Origin: a virus | Taxonomy: Duplodnaviria; Caudoviricetes | Length of the DNA: 26,309 nt | Strand: one strand, 5' to 3' | IMG/VR virus record: IMGVR_UViG_3300048576_000188 | Span: 1 to 26,309 of that record | Part shown: piece after piece, positions 15,739-24,489 of the stretch | Layout of the letters: the number at the start of each line of letters is the position of its first letter | Position numbering within the stretch: the first letter of the stretch is position 1 | Notes under the pieces: generated by a model | Databases searched by the model: none | Told to the model about the DNA's origin: nothing | The model's input: the letters and a program-made list of their open reading frames with translations, nothing else | Program-made: the position numbers and the translations under genes

Positions 15739-18048
15739 TTATCCGGCCACGACGGATTTCTGGAAGCCGCGATAATCCGCGAGCTCGAACTCATACTCGT
15801 GGCGCATCTTGTACTGGATCTTGTCGCTGGTGAACATCTGCCCGATCAGCGGGTTGTCTGCCACAAACAGCTCCGGCTCGCGCCTGCCGTTCAGATACGC
15901 CGCCTCCATCAGCTCGACCACATTTTTGTCTGCGATGTGGTAGTAGTCGGTGGCGTCCGTCAGCAGGGGCAGGGTAATGATCCGTTCATGGTTGGCGCCG
16001 AAGCGGCCTGCATGAGGGTTGCTTCCCACTGTGTTCGGCCAGGGGCTGTTGAGGCCCTTCGCGATCTCCTCCAGCGCCCTCGGCACGACCTCGTACATCG
16101 GTTCGAGCCCGAGGATCTCTCCGCTGTCCTGTTCGGTCTGCGCATACATCGCCTGGAAGCAGGCGGTAAGTGTGGCTATGCCTGTAGTGTCGTTTGTCAG
16201 GGCAGTCGTCTTGAGGTTGCCGTGATCGGCATGGAAGAGGGCCTTACTGTCTCCCTTGAAAGTCGCATTGCTGATGAGCTTGCCCCATGCCCGCCTTGCA
16301 TGTGTGCGGCGCGCGGCCCGGCCGAGCTTGTTGACGAGCTGGCTCACCGTCTTCAGGTCATCATTCATAATGACCCTGCGGGTGATCGTCAGTATGACGC
16401 CCTTCTGGTTGATCGCATAGGTCGACTCGATATCGGTCGGCATGCTGATCTCCTGATAGTCTCCCGACTCGGGGTTCACATCCGGCAGATCGCCGAAATA
16501 GCCGACCATGATGATCTCCATGGTTTTGAAGTCGGCCGCGTTGCGGATGAAGCTGAACAGGATATCCTCGTTATAATTGACCGCGCGATATTCCTGCACC
16601 AGCCTGCGGTACATGGTATTGCCGAGCACGAAGCTGAAAGAGCTGGAACTGTACGCAGCCGGCAGCCGCATCATTCCCATTATGCTTTCCCCGAGCTTCA
16701 GGTGATCGCGGCCTATGCGTCCGGTCACCGAGGTGTCGCCGGTCAGCCGTGTGTATGCTGCCTTCAGCGAGGTCATCGCGGGGACATCCTCATATTTCGC
16801 GTCCACTTCTACGCCCAGCATCTTGTCGAACGCCGCCTGCAGACGTTCAGGGGCTCCCTGGATATCGGTCAGGACTCCGCCTTCAGCGCCTGCGCCTTCC
16901 ACCCGGCCCGAGCCTGTGAGCTTGTCGACATATTCCTTCTCATCCTTTATGGCTGCCTGCAGGTGATCTGCCTCGAACACCCGGCCGTCAAACTGTTTGC
17001 GCAATTTCGCCTGAGAGAGCTCGGGCAGTCCGCTGCCGACAAGCTCAGCGGTCAGGGTATTGCCGCATGCGACCAGTCTCGCCTCGTCGAGCAGTTTCTT
17101 TGCCTCGTCGACAGCGCTGCTGTCAACCTTAAGCGCGGCGAGGAGATTATCGACATCAGCCCCCATGCCGCCCTGCATTGCAGCCGCTACGAGCTGACTT
17201 ACCTCTGCATCGGTGGCCTGGTCACCCCTGGCCTCCAGCGCGTCTATCTTGTCCTTCATCTCCGGCCGCAATGCCTGCAAAGCGGCCAACAGTCTTTTCA
17301 GCATAGTATCTTCCTCCTTGTTGTTGTGGCCCGCCTCAGCGGCTGCGGCCATGCGTAAGAATTTTCCTCCGGCGATCGGCTCATAAACCACATCGACGGA
17401 ATCTACACGGACGATCTTTTCGGCTACCCGCCTGCCTCCACGCATCACTGTTTTGCCGTAAACGTCGTGCGAGAGCCCGATCAGGTCTTTTTTGCCCTTT
17501 TCCCATGCATCGACAATCATGTCGCGCATCCAGGCCGCGGACTTTAAAATGGTAAAGTCGCCTTCAAGCCCGGTAGTGTTAGTCGTCACATTTGAGAGCC
17601 AGCCGACGATATCGCGCACCGATTTGCCGAACGGATTCTTGCCGTCTGAATGCTGCCCGTCGCTCAGGGCGAACACCCGCGCGCCTTCGTAAAGAGGAGC
17701 CGCAGCCTTGAGCGTTTCATACAGATATTCGACTCCACCCTGGGCGTCCATGCCGGACGAGATGATCTGCACACGCCACTTGTAGCCTCTCTCCGCATCT
17801 GTTTCTGTTTCCGCTGCCGCTGTAAAGCGCATCGCAGCCTGCACCTTTACATAGCTGACCTCGGCGGCTACTTCGACAATCTCGGCTCCGAGAGCCACCA
17901 CTCCGGCTTCATCAACCGTGTAGCTGCGCTGATAGAGCTTCCCGGTACCGTCATCGTAGATAACGAGATCGTCCGAAAAGTCTATAACGTAGCAGCCCTT
18001 CAGCAGCTTCTCCAGCTGTTTCATCAGCTCGCGATAGCTCGGCTTCAT
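15739..18048 (-). CDS. Fused prohead protease-scaffold-major capsid protein (Mu gpT-like capsid, 769 aa)
   Basis: N-terminal protease-like motifs (VFALSDGQH, RDIVGWL, GLSHD, DSVDVVYEPIAGG); helical scaffold; capsid motifs DLPDVNPESGDY, LTITRRVIMNDDL, ALFHADHGNL, EAAYLNGRREP, DYRGFQK. Confidence 0.9.
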   Translation of the reverse strand: MKPSYRELMKQLEKLLKGCYVIDFSDDLVIYDDGTGKLYQRSYTVDEAGVVALGAEIVEVAAEVSYVKVQAAMRFTAAAETETDAERGYKWRVQIISSGMDAQGGVEYLYETLKAAAPLYEGARVFALSDGQHSDGKNPFGKSVRDIVGWLSNVTTNTTGLEGDFTILKSAAWMRDMIVDAWEKGKKDLIGLSHDVYGKTVMRGGRRVAEKIVRVDSVDVVYEPIAGGKFLRMAAAAEAGHNNKEEDTMLKRLLAALQALRPEMKDKIDALEARGDQATDAEVSQLVAAAMQGGMGADVDNLLAALKVDSSAVDEAKKLLDEARLVACGNTLTAELVGSGLPELSQAKLRKQFDGRVFEADHLQAAIKDEKEYVDKLTGSGRVEGAGAEGGVLTDIQGAPERLQAAFDKMLGVEVDAKYEDVPAMTSLKAAYTRLTGDTSVTGRIGRDHLKLGESIMGMMRLPAAYSSSSFSFVLGNTMYRRLVQEYRAVNYNEDILFSFIRNAADFKTMEIIMVGYFGDLPDVNPESGDYQEISMPTDIESTYAINQKGVILTITRRVIMNDDLKTVSQLVNKLGRAARRTHARRAWGKLISNATFKGDSKALFHADHGNLKTTALTNDTTGIATLTACFQAMYAQTEQDSGEILGLEPMYEVVPRALEEIAKGLNSPWPNTVGSNPHAGRFGANHERIITLPLLTDATDYYHIADKNVVELMEAAYLNGRREPELFVADNPLIGQMFTSDKIQYKMRHEYEFELADYRGFQKSVVAG
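17302..17319 (-). promoter_or_regulatory. Internal in-frame translation start (AAGGAGG-N8-ATG, MLKRLLAAL) in the capsid fusion gene
   Basis: Perfect SD at 17313-17319 and ATG at 17302-17304, at the protease/scaffold boundary. Confidence 0.75.
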
Positions 18049-18051
18049 GGC

Positions 18052-18369
18052 TTATTTCTCCACGCTCAGGGTGTACTTCTTGCCGTCGGCAGTGACTATG
18101 CCCCACACACCATTGCCCAGCTCTTTCGCTTCAAGTATGTCGTCAAGCCTGAGCTTACGCTCAAACGGGACATATTTCGTCTTCGGTCCCGACTCGGTTT
18201 TTACTTCCTTTGCGGTTGCGCCTGTAAAGGTCAGGCCGTCCAGCATCGTCGCGGGCGGCAGCTTCTGTTTGGACTCTTTTGCATCTTCAGTCTTCACTGC
18301 ATCTTCAGTCTTCACTGCATCTTTGGTCTTCACTGCATCTTCGGTCTTCACTGCATCTTTTCCATCCAT
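18052..18369 (-). CDS. Hypothetical protein (105 aa) with N-terminal KTEDAV tandem repeats
   Basis: GAGGAGG RBS; ends 3 nt before the capsid start. Confidence 0.75.
   Translation of the reverse strand: MDGKDAVKTEDAVKTKDAVKTEDAVKTEDAKESKQKLPPATMLDGLTFTGATAKEVKTESGPKTKYVPFERKLRLDDILEAKELGNGVWGIVTADGKKYTLSVEK
18281..18359. repeat. 18-bp tandem repeat, about 4.3 copies (GCATCTTCAGTCTTCACT)
   Basis: Directly visible; encodes (K-T-[EK]-D-A-V)n. Confidence 0.95.
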
Positions 18370-18387
18370 ACTGTCCTCCTCGTTTTT

Positions 18388-19305
18388 TTAAATCCTGTAC
18401 TTCGTTCCCTCATCTCCCGCCGACACCGTGACAGGAGCGTCGTCACCTCCTCCTGTTTCGTTTTTTACGCGACTTTTTGTATATGTCTTCGGCAGCTCCA
18501 TATCGCCCCAGGAAGAGTGATATGGAACATGGTCGCAACCACAGCTGATCACTTCCGACAGCGGCGCCGCAGGGTCCCTCGGGTACATAATTTTTATCCC
18601 GCCGGCGTCGAATGGCTCGTCCACCGGCACATGCGCCCCATGCAGCAAGAGGTGTGATAGACGCGGCTGCTTTGGAGAGCCCGCATGCACCCACTGCTTT
18701 TCGAGGCCGGGCACATAGTTCGCCGCTTTTTTCATCCTGAGATCCGCAGCCATCGAAAAGGCCCTGCCCATCTCAAGCCCCGTGATCGCCTCCGCGCGCT
18801 TCGCTATACTGCCGAACACCGAGGCCTCCTTCAGATTCCGCCCGATCACGGCCGCGACCTCAGCGGGCGTCTTGCCGCCCAGGACCCCAAGATTCAACTC
18901 TCCCTTGATTTTTGTCCAGGCGTCACCGAAGAGCGAGCTGAGACGGTCGCTTCCGTAGTCCTGCAAAACCTGCAGCGAGGAATCGGAAATATTGAACCCG
19001 GCGTACAAGCCGCCGTCGCTCATAGTTTCCGCGACCATGCCCTCTCCGCTATCCCACATCCCCTCGACAAAATCAGCCAGGGCGCCCTGCGCCTGCGCCT
19101 GATATTGCGAGATCTGCCGTTCCAGGCTATTGAGCATCTGTTTCAGCCAATAACTGTCCCACGAGGTCACGGACGCGTCGGCGATCTCTTTTATGACCTG
19201 CTTACGGAGGTTTTCGAGGATGCCCAGCATGGAGTCCGTCGCGCTCGCAATCCCCGACTCTTTTTCGGCAAGCAGCCGTTTTATTGTCTGTGTAACCTTC
19301 GGCAT
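18388..19305 (-). CDS. Minor head morphogenesis protein (Mu gpF / SPP1 gp7-like, 305 aa)
   Basis: RAEAITGLE, KQWVH, PRLSH, HGAHVPVDEPF, MYPRDP, EVISCGC motifs. Confidence 0.88.
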   Translation of the reverse strand: MPKVTQTIKRLLAEKESGIASATDSMLGILENLRKQVIKEIADASVTSWDSYWLKQMLNSLERQISQYQAQAQGALADFVEGMWDSGEGMVAETMSDGGLYAGFNISDSSLQVLQDYGSDRLSSLFGDAWTKIKGELNLGVLGGKTPAEVAAVIGRNLKEASVFGSIAKRAEAITGLEMGRAFSMAADLRMKKAANYVPGLEKQWVHAGSPKQPRLSHLLLHGAHVPVDEPFDAGGIKIMYPRDPAAPLSEVISCGCDHVPYHSSWGDMELPKTYTKSRVKNETGGGDDAPVTVSAGDEGTKYRI

Positions 19306-19417
19306 GTCTCTTTCAATACCCCTCTCGCAGCAGGAGAGCGTTTATAAACATAGTTGCGGCCCCATTCCCGGAAGTGTGTCCGCGAAACCGCAGATCGCCG
19401 TTTTAACGGCCTCTCGT

Positions 19418-20923
19418 TTAGCCGTCATTCTCATCCGCGTTCTCGCCCCCGGCCGCGGCCGCGGCAAGGTCTTTGTCTTTCATGTCCGGCTGCCCGGCGC
19501 CCTTCTTCAAATAGTCTTTGTACTCTTCCGTGCCCTTGGCTTTGTCCAGGGCGGTCTTAATCGCTTCCAGGTCCAGCTCAATGCCCAGCAGCTTCAAGCC
19601 GTCCGCGAATATCTTCCTGGCCGAGTCCTCATCGAGCCAGCCCTGGTTCTGTGCGAGCGCCACGCTTACGGCCAGCTGCTGCACGGCCGTGCCGATCTTC
19701 GCGATATCTTTCGTGTCCAGTTCAGGCGCGTTCACGGTGTAGCTTCTCGCGTCTTCGTCCGCAACCTTCAGGTATCTCGCGTTTCTGGCAGACAGGATAA
19801 CGAAATCAAATATCGACTCGACGACATATTTGAAGTAGGTCTGCCGCGAGGTCAATTTTTTCATCGTAGGCTTGTCCATCTCTGCCGCCGTGGCCCTGTT
19901 CACATCGCCGCCGCCGCCGTACCAGTGCTCCGGCAGGCCCTTTGCTCCGAGTATGTGGTTCCTGAACAGGCGTGCGCCCTCGGCCGCGTCGACGGACTTC
20001 AAGTCGGGCGCGCATGCTTCGAGCTTTACCTTTTCGTTATGAGCGAACACCGATCCGCTTTTCTTGCTGAAGTTCTTGAGCTGCTCATCGAGCTCTTTCT
20101 GCTGCGCATTTTGCACTTCCATGTCCCAGACGAACGCATTCTGCAGCGGCCATTTGTCGGCATAGTCGTACAGGAACTGCTCATATGCGTCCGACCAGTC
20201 GGCGATTATCAGTAGTTCGCTGCGGCCGCGCGGTGAATTGGTCACATTGTTGATGCTGAAATAAAAGCACTGCCCGTCCGTGTATCCGGCCCTGAGTGCC
20301 TGTGCGGCCGGGGAAAGTATGTCGTCGGCCCCTTCAGGCAATATTGTTCTGTACTTCCGCTCCGGAGTGTCCGGGCCTCCCTTTTTGATCACCCCGATCA
20401 CGGCCTTCACGTTTTCCGGATCGGTGATGACCTCCTTGATCAGATAAGGGTCTATGTACCCGAGCCTCACCTTGCCCGTCTGCTTTGCGACGAACGCCGG
20501 GAGGCAGAGCTCCCCGAAAATAAGGTTTTCGCGCACGTGCTTCTCGAAATAGATCTTCAGGTTGTTGAGCGGATCATTCCAGAATTCCGTCAGCAGCTGT
20601 TTGATCTCCTCGTTCGTGCTGTCGAAAGGCAGCCCGTCTGCAATGACAAAATCCTTGATCGTCTCGATGACCCATTGAGCTATCGGATTGGTCTCCCATA
20701 ACCAGTAGCAGATCTGGAACATGCGGTCCTGTTCGATCGGCAGCAGGTCCCTGTCGTCATCGCCCGTGAGCCTGCGCCAACCAATGTCTTCAGCCGCCCT
20801 GTCGAGCAATGACGATGCTTTCATCCGCTCCTGGACTTGAGTCTCGATAATGCCGCCGAACACTGCGGCGACAAGTCGTTGTGTAAGTCCCGTCGATTTA
20901 AAAAGCCCTCCGCTCCAGCCCAC
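19418..20923 (-). CDS. Portal protein (501 aa)
   Basis: Follows terminase; NPIAQWVIET, IFGELCLP, GRSEL, GLPEHWYGGGGDVNRATA motifs. Confidence 0.88.
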   Translation of the reverse strand: MGWSGGLFKSTGLTQRLVAAVFGGIIETQVQERMKASSLLDRAAEDIGWRRLTGDDDRDLLPIEQDRMFQICYWLWETNPIAQWVIETIKDFVIADGLPFDSTNEEIKQLLTEFWNDPLNNLKIYFEKHVRENLIFGELCLPAFVAKQTGKVRLGYIDPYLIKEVITDPENVKAVIGVIKKGGPDTPERKYRTILPEGADDILSPAAQALRAGYTDGQCFYFSINNVTNSPRGRSELLIIADWSDAYEQFLYDYADKWPLQNAFVWDMEVQNAQQKELDEQLKNFSKKSGSVFAHNEKVKLEACAPDLKSVDAAEGARLFRNHILGAKGLPEHWYGGGGDVNRATAAEMDKPTMKKLTSRQTYFKYVVESIFDFVILSARNARYLKVADEDARSYTVNAPELDTKDIAKIGTAVQQLAVSVALAQNQGWLDEDSARKIFADGLKLLGIELDLEAIKTALDKAKGTEEYKDYLKKGAGQPDMKDKDLAAAAAGGENADENDG

Positions 20924-22605
20924 TATGCCCGCCTCCTCATGCCCATGCGACCGCGCGCATGCCGGTCGGAATGGTAGTCGTCTTTTGTCTTTTCGCTCGA
21001 TGCTGCTAATGCCGGCACGAGCCCTTCCTCACACAGTCCCAGCAACATCTCCAGCGCGTCGGGGCCGTCGTCGTGGCCGCCGCGGCCTTTCGGCCTGTAA
21101 TAGATCAGCTGCCGCACGAGCTCGCGTTGTTCCTTGAGAAACCGGATCCACCCATTCTTGATCCACGGCTGCAGGCGAATGATGCGGAGATCTTTGTCTG
21201 TGTTCGGCACGAACTCATCGATGTTGACCGTCAGGCCCTCCTCGTGCGCGAGCTGCTCGAACTGCCTGGCGAAGAACTCCTGGAACTGCACGGTCTCCAT
21301 GCGCAGCTTGTCAAAACGGCTGCGCTCGTGGTACATGAGCAGGTCTGACATTATCCTGTCCGGCTGGCGTTTCTCGATGTCTGCGAGGTCGACGTAGAGG
21401 ATTTTGTTCTTCATCCAGCCGCCCAGTATTGCGGACGGATCGCTCCGCTTGTTCCTCTTGCCCAGGGACGGATCCACCGCGCCTGCGCGGGGAATATCTG
21501 TAAAGTCCACGTCTTCGTCATCCCAATATTGGATCCACTCTTCAAGGAAGACTTGATCTTCCGGGTTCAATGGCTCATTCTGTTTTTCGCTGTCGAACGC
21601 GGCCGGGCCGTCGGTAGCGCGCATCTTCATGAGGTAGTAATAATCCTCTTCCGATGGCCACAGGACCTGCGTGCCCGCGAGCATCGCCTTTTCATGCGCC
21701 TTGAAATATTCGTCTGCCTTGCGCTCGGCCTCTTCCTTGCCGACAGAGATGTCCGCGAATATTCCTTCCCACTTTCCCCATAATGCTTTCGCGAGTGCCC
21801 ACTTCAGCACTGCCTGAAACTTCTTTCCCTTCCATCCCGGACGGATCAGCAGATCCGACAACAAACTCTCAGCGTGCAGGATCGTGCCGACGACGATATA
21901 CACCGTGTACTTCGCGCCGATCTTCATCAGGGCCTTGAAGAACCAGTTGGAGAGCTTCTTTCTCTGCTCCGGAGATTCGACAGACTCGTCGTTTTCCAGA
22001 TCGTCGCCGATGACGAGATCGGGCCTGCGCGCGCCATGCTTGCGGCCGCGCAGCTTCTGACCGCTGCCTACGCCTTCGATCTTTACGCCGTTGCAGGTGA
22101 CTATTTCATCGGCCTTCCAGACGCCGCCGATGCCGCAGACATTGGGGAAATCCTGCTTTAGCCGCTCGTTGCTTTCAAACTCCAGCTTGATGCCCTGGAT
22201 AAAACTCTCCGCCTGGTCTTTTGTTTCCGAGACGATCAGCGGATATGAGCGCTTCTTGTAAACCGCGCACCAGATGGGCAGAATGAAAGATGTCCATGTG
22301 GATTTCGCGTTGCCACGAGGCGCCGCGTCTGCTTCCTTATCTCCGATGCCGGTCTCGATCGCGGCCTCTATCATGGCCGGATATTTCTCGCAAAAATATT
22401 TGTGAAGCTCGCTCGCCGGGCGCGCTATGTAATGCGGGAAATACGTGCGGCCAAAGAATTCAAGGTCTTTCTCGCCGCGACGGATCCGCTCGCGCTGTTC
22501 TTTCTTGTTGTCGGAGAACGGCTGCGCGGCAGACTGAATCAGCCGGCGCAGGTCCTCGACTTCGCGGTTGAATTGGCGCTCGGCTGTTTTGCTCTTAGGC
22601 GCCAT
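20923..22605 (-). CDS. terL: Terminase large subunit (560 aa)
   Basis: Walker A-like APRGNAKST, Walker B LVIGDDLE, coupling motif VGT, nuclease AVDPS and HDDGPDALE. Confidence 0.95.
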   Translation of the reverse strand: MAPKSKTAERQFNREVEDLRRLIQSAAQPFSDNKKEQRERIRRGEKDLEFFGRTYFPHYIARPASELHKYFCEKYPAMIEAAIETGIGDKEADAAPRGNAKSTWTSFILPIWCAVYKKRSYPLIVSETKDQAESFIQGIKLEFESNERLKQDFPNVCGIGGVWKADEIVTCNGVKIEGVGSGQKLRGRKHGARRPDLVIGDDLENDESVESPEQRKKLSNWFFKALMKIGAKYTVYIVVGTILHAESLLSDLLIRPGWKGKKFQAVLKWALAKALWGKWEGIFADISVGKEEAERKADEYFKAHEKAMLAGTQVLWPSEEDYYYLMKMRATDGPAAFDSEKQNEPLNPEDQVFLEEWIQYWDDEDVDFTDIPRAGAVDPSLGKRNKRSDPSAILGGWMKNKILYVDLADIEKRQPDRIMSDLLMYHERSRFDKLRMETVQFQEFFARQFEQLAHEEGLTVNIDEFVPNTDKDLRIIRLQPWIKNGWIRFLKEQRELVRQLIYYRPKGRGGHDDGPDALEMLLGLCEEGLVPALAASSEKTKDDYHSDRHARGRMGMRRRA

Positions 22606-23110
22606 ACTTCTCCTTTGCGAACGCTATGAAGTCGTCGAAATGCTCCTCGATAACTACAACGACGCCCGGGTCATTCTTGCTGAGAAATGTGATGAGATCG
22701 CGCATGAAGTCCAGGAAGAGCGCGCTCTTGTATTTGCCCGTCCGCTCGCGGATCTCCATCATGGTTTTGATTAGCCCTGCGAACGCATACTGCGCCTGGT
22801 GATCGAGCTTTTCGTTCTTCTCGAAATACCGCTCGTACTTTTCCTTCTGTGCCTGCAGCGCGTTCAGCATGCGGTCTTCAAACGACAATTGATTATCCGC
22901 CGCTTTCTCCTTCTCCCTGTCTATCGCCTGCAGGCGTTCGTCGAAGCGGAACTTTTCGCGCCACTCGTTGAACGTCGGCTTGCTGAGCTTCAGCCCCTGC
23001 TTTTCCAGCTCGCGCAGTGAGGCTTCGACATTGCCGCCCTGGGCGCAGTAGACGCTGAACGCGAGCTCGCGGTTTTCAGCTATATAGGACTTGCCCTTAA
23101 CGTCGCTCAT
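22595..23110 (-). CDS. Putative terminase small subunit (Mu gp27-like, HTH); probable start MSDVKGK at 23110
   Basis: Directly upstream of terL with overlap; N-terminal HTH (LRELEKQGLKLSKPTFNEW); ATGA overlap with the preceding stop supports the 23110 start. Confidence 0.7.
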   Translation of the reverse strand: MSDVKGKSYIAENRELAFSVYCAQGGNVEASLRELEKQGLKLSKPTFNEWREKFRFDERLQAIDREKEKAADNQLSFEDRMLNALQAQKEKYERYFEKNEKLDHQAQYAFAGLIKTMMEIRERTGKYKSALFLDFMRDLITFLSKNDPGVVVVIEEHFDDFIAFAKEKYGA

Positions 23111-23409
23111 AACTCTATGTCCACGCCGCATTCCTCGCAGCGGCCGTCCATTACGTCAACGCCGCGGCTGGTAGCGGACAGCATACGCAAAGAGATCCTT
23201 TTCCCGGCTGTGCGCTTCTCTTCCTTTACCAGGCCCTTCTCGACGAGGTAGCCGATGTGAAAATCATAGGCCGCCTTATCCATGGTGAAGCCCAGGTCGT
23301 TGAGAGTAAAGTACACGACCTCCGCGTCAGTGGCGTTCGGGTAAGACTGCAGCAGGATCTTCAGTATGTAGCCGCGCGCTCTCTCTTTGCGCCTAAGCTG
23401 AGGGTCCAT
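23107..23409 (-). CDS. Mu gp26-like winged-helix protein (100 aa)
   Basis: R..ILKILL...YLVEKGLV...ATSRGVDV pattern and position before the terminase genes. Confidence 0.7.
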   Translation of the reverse strand: MDPQLRRKERARGYILKILLQSYPNATDAEVVYFTLNDLGFTMDKAAYDFHIGYLVEKGLVKEEKRTAGKRISLRMLSATSRGVDVMDGRCEECGVDIEL

Positions 23410-23698
23410 TCTCCATCTCCTTTTTCTCTGTTTTCTCCCAGATTAGCTTTAGCATGATCAGCATTTCCTTGTGCTCGGCGTTGTCGCGCGACATGTAGCC
23501 TTCGATACTTTTCGTCAGATTCGTCATCGCCTGAGCCTGGGCTCCGAGGGCCTCGGCCTGCCTCTTTTGCGTCTCTATAAACTCTCCTCCAAATCTGAGC
23601 GCGAGCTTATAGAGGGCAAATATTATCAGGCCGGCGATAATCGCTCCAGGCCCCCAGAAGATCATGTACTTCCCGATTTCAGCCCAGGTCATGTCCAC
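23393..23698 (-). CDS. Single-TM membrane protein with coiled coil (Mu gp25-position; holin- or spanin-like, 101 aa)
   Basis: N-terminal TM (IFWGPGAIIAGLIIFALY) then coiled coil; end of the lysis cassette. Confidence 0.65.
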   Translation of the reverse strand: MDMTWAEIGKYMIFWGPGAIIAGLIIFALYKLALRFGGEFIETQKRQAEALGAQAQAMTNLTKSIEGYMSRDNAEHKEMLIMLKLIWEKTEKKEMENGPSA

Positions 23699-23705
23699 GC
23701 TTCTG

Positions 23706-23900
23706 CTACTCCTTCTTTCCGGTCCAGGGCGTGACGCCGGACTTGGCAGTCTCGATGGCGGAGATAAGCCCTGCCTTGTCGTCTGCCGAAAGCTCTGACG
23801 ACTTCTCGACGATATCGGAGATCATCGAGTACAGCGATACGACGGCCTTGCTGATCGGCTCGATAAGCGCGATTAACGCTGCTATAGTGGCTACGTTCAT
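23706..23900 (-). CDS. Small amphipathic/hydrophobic protein (64 aa), possible spanin partner
   Basis: TAATG coupling to the lipoprotein gene; hydrophobic N-terminus. Confidence 0.65.
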   Translation of the reverse strand: MNVATIAALIALIEPISKAVVSLYSMISDIVEKSSELSADDKAGLISAIETAKSGVTPWTGKKE

Positions 23901-24283
23901 TAGTCTGTCACCTCCACTCCGAGCGCCGAGACGAATTTCAGGAGGTCCGCTGTCAGGGTCGTCAGGCTCGATATGGCCTCCTGGTATGCGGCCAGGCTGG
24001 TCTTCTTCGTCACCGCGTCCTCGGCGTTAATGTAGGTCTCCAGCGCGGAGCCTACGGCGATGTAACCTGCGCGGACCTTCTCATACTGCACGCCGAACTC
24101 CGCGCATTTGTCGGCTGTGATCGTGCCCTTCTCACAAGCGGCCGCCACGGCCTGGTGAGCGGTTTCGATTGTCGCGCCCGAAGCCTGGTAGGCGACAACC
24201 ATGTTTTTGTTCGCGGTCGCGCAGCCGAGCAGCGCGACTGAAAGGCAACATATGGCTAACAGCAACAGCAATGTTTTTCTCAT
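23900..24283 (-). CDS. Lipoprotein (127 aa), probable spanin component
   Basis: MRK + hydrophobic core + lipobox LLG|C; helical mature part with a Cys pair; within the lysis cassette. Confidence 0.75.
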   Translation of the reverse strand: MRKTLLLLLAICCLSVALLGCATANKNMVVAYQASGATIETAHQAVAAACEKGTITADKCAEFGVQYEKVRAGYIAVGSALETYINAEDAVTKKTSLAAYQEAISSLTTLTADLLKFVSALGVEVTD

Positions 24284-24308
24284 TGAGCCCTCCTGTCGAT
24301 TTTCCTTT

Positions 24309-24470
24309 TTACTGTTTGTTGGTGAAATAGCCGAATGCGGCTATTAAAACAGCGGATATAACCGATGTCGCTTCAGTCGATACCTGGATATCGAAGACGC
24401 CTACTACGGCCACACACGCTGCCACTACCGCGCCTATTGCGGTTGTGATTCTGTCCTTATTGATTGTCAC
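24309..24470 (-). CDS. Putative holin (53 aa, two TM segments), absent from the ORF track
   Basis: GGAGG RBS + GTG; MTINKDRITTAIGAVVAACVAVVGVFDIQVSTEATSVISAVLIAAFGYFTNKQ; fills the gap between lysin and lipoprotein. Confidence 0.75.
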   Translation of the reverse strand: MTINKDRITTAIGAVVAACVAVVGVFDIQVSTEATSVISAVLIAAFGYFTNKQ

Positions 24471-24489
24471 CTCAACACCTCCCTGCTGT

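Noticed and set aside
15799-17358. 519-aa plus-strand ORF (and others such as 17650..18657, 19193..20215, 10736..11431)
   Set aside because: Antisense shadows of well-supported minus-strand genes in GC-rich DNA; no recognisable motifs or RBS.
18281-18359. Possible CRISPR array
   Set aside because: Repeats are contiguous 18-mers without unique spacers and encode an in-frame peptide repeat.
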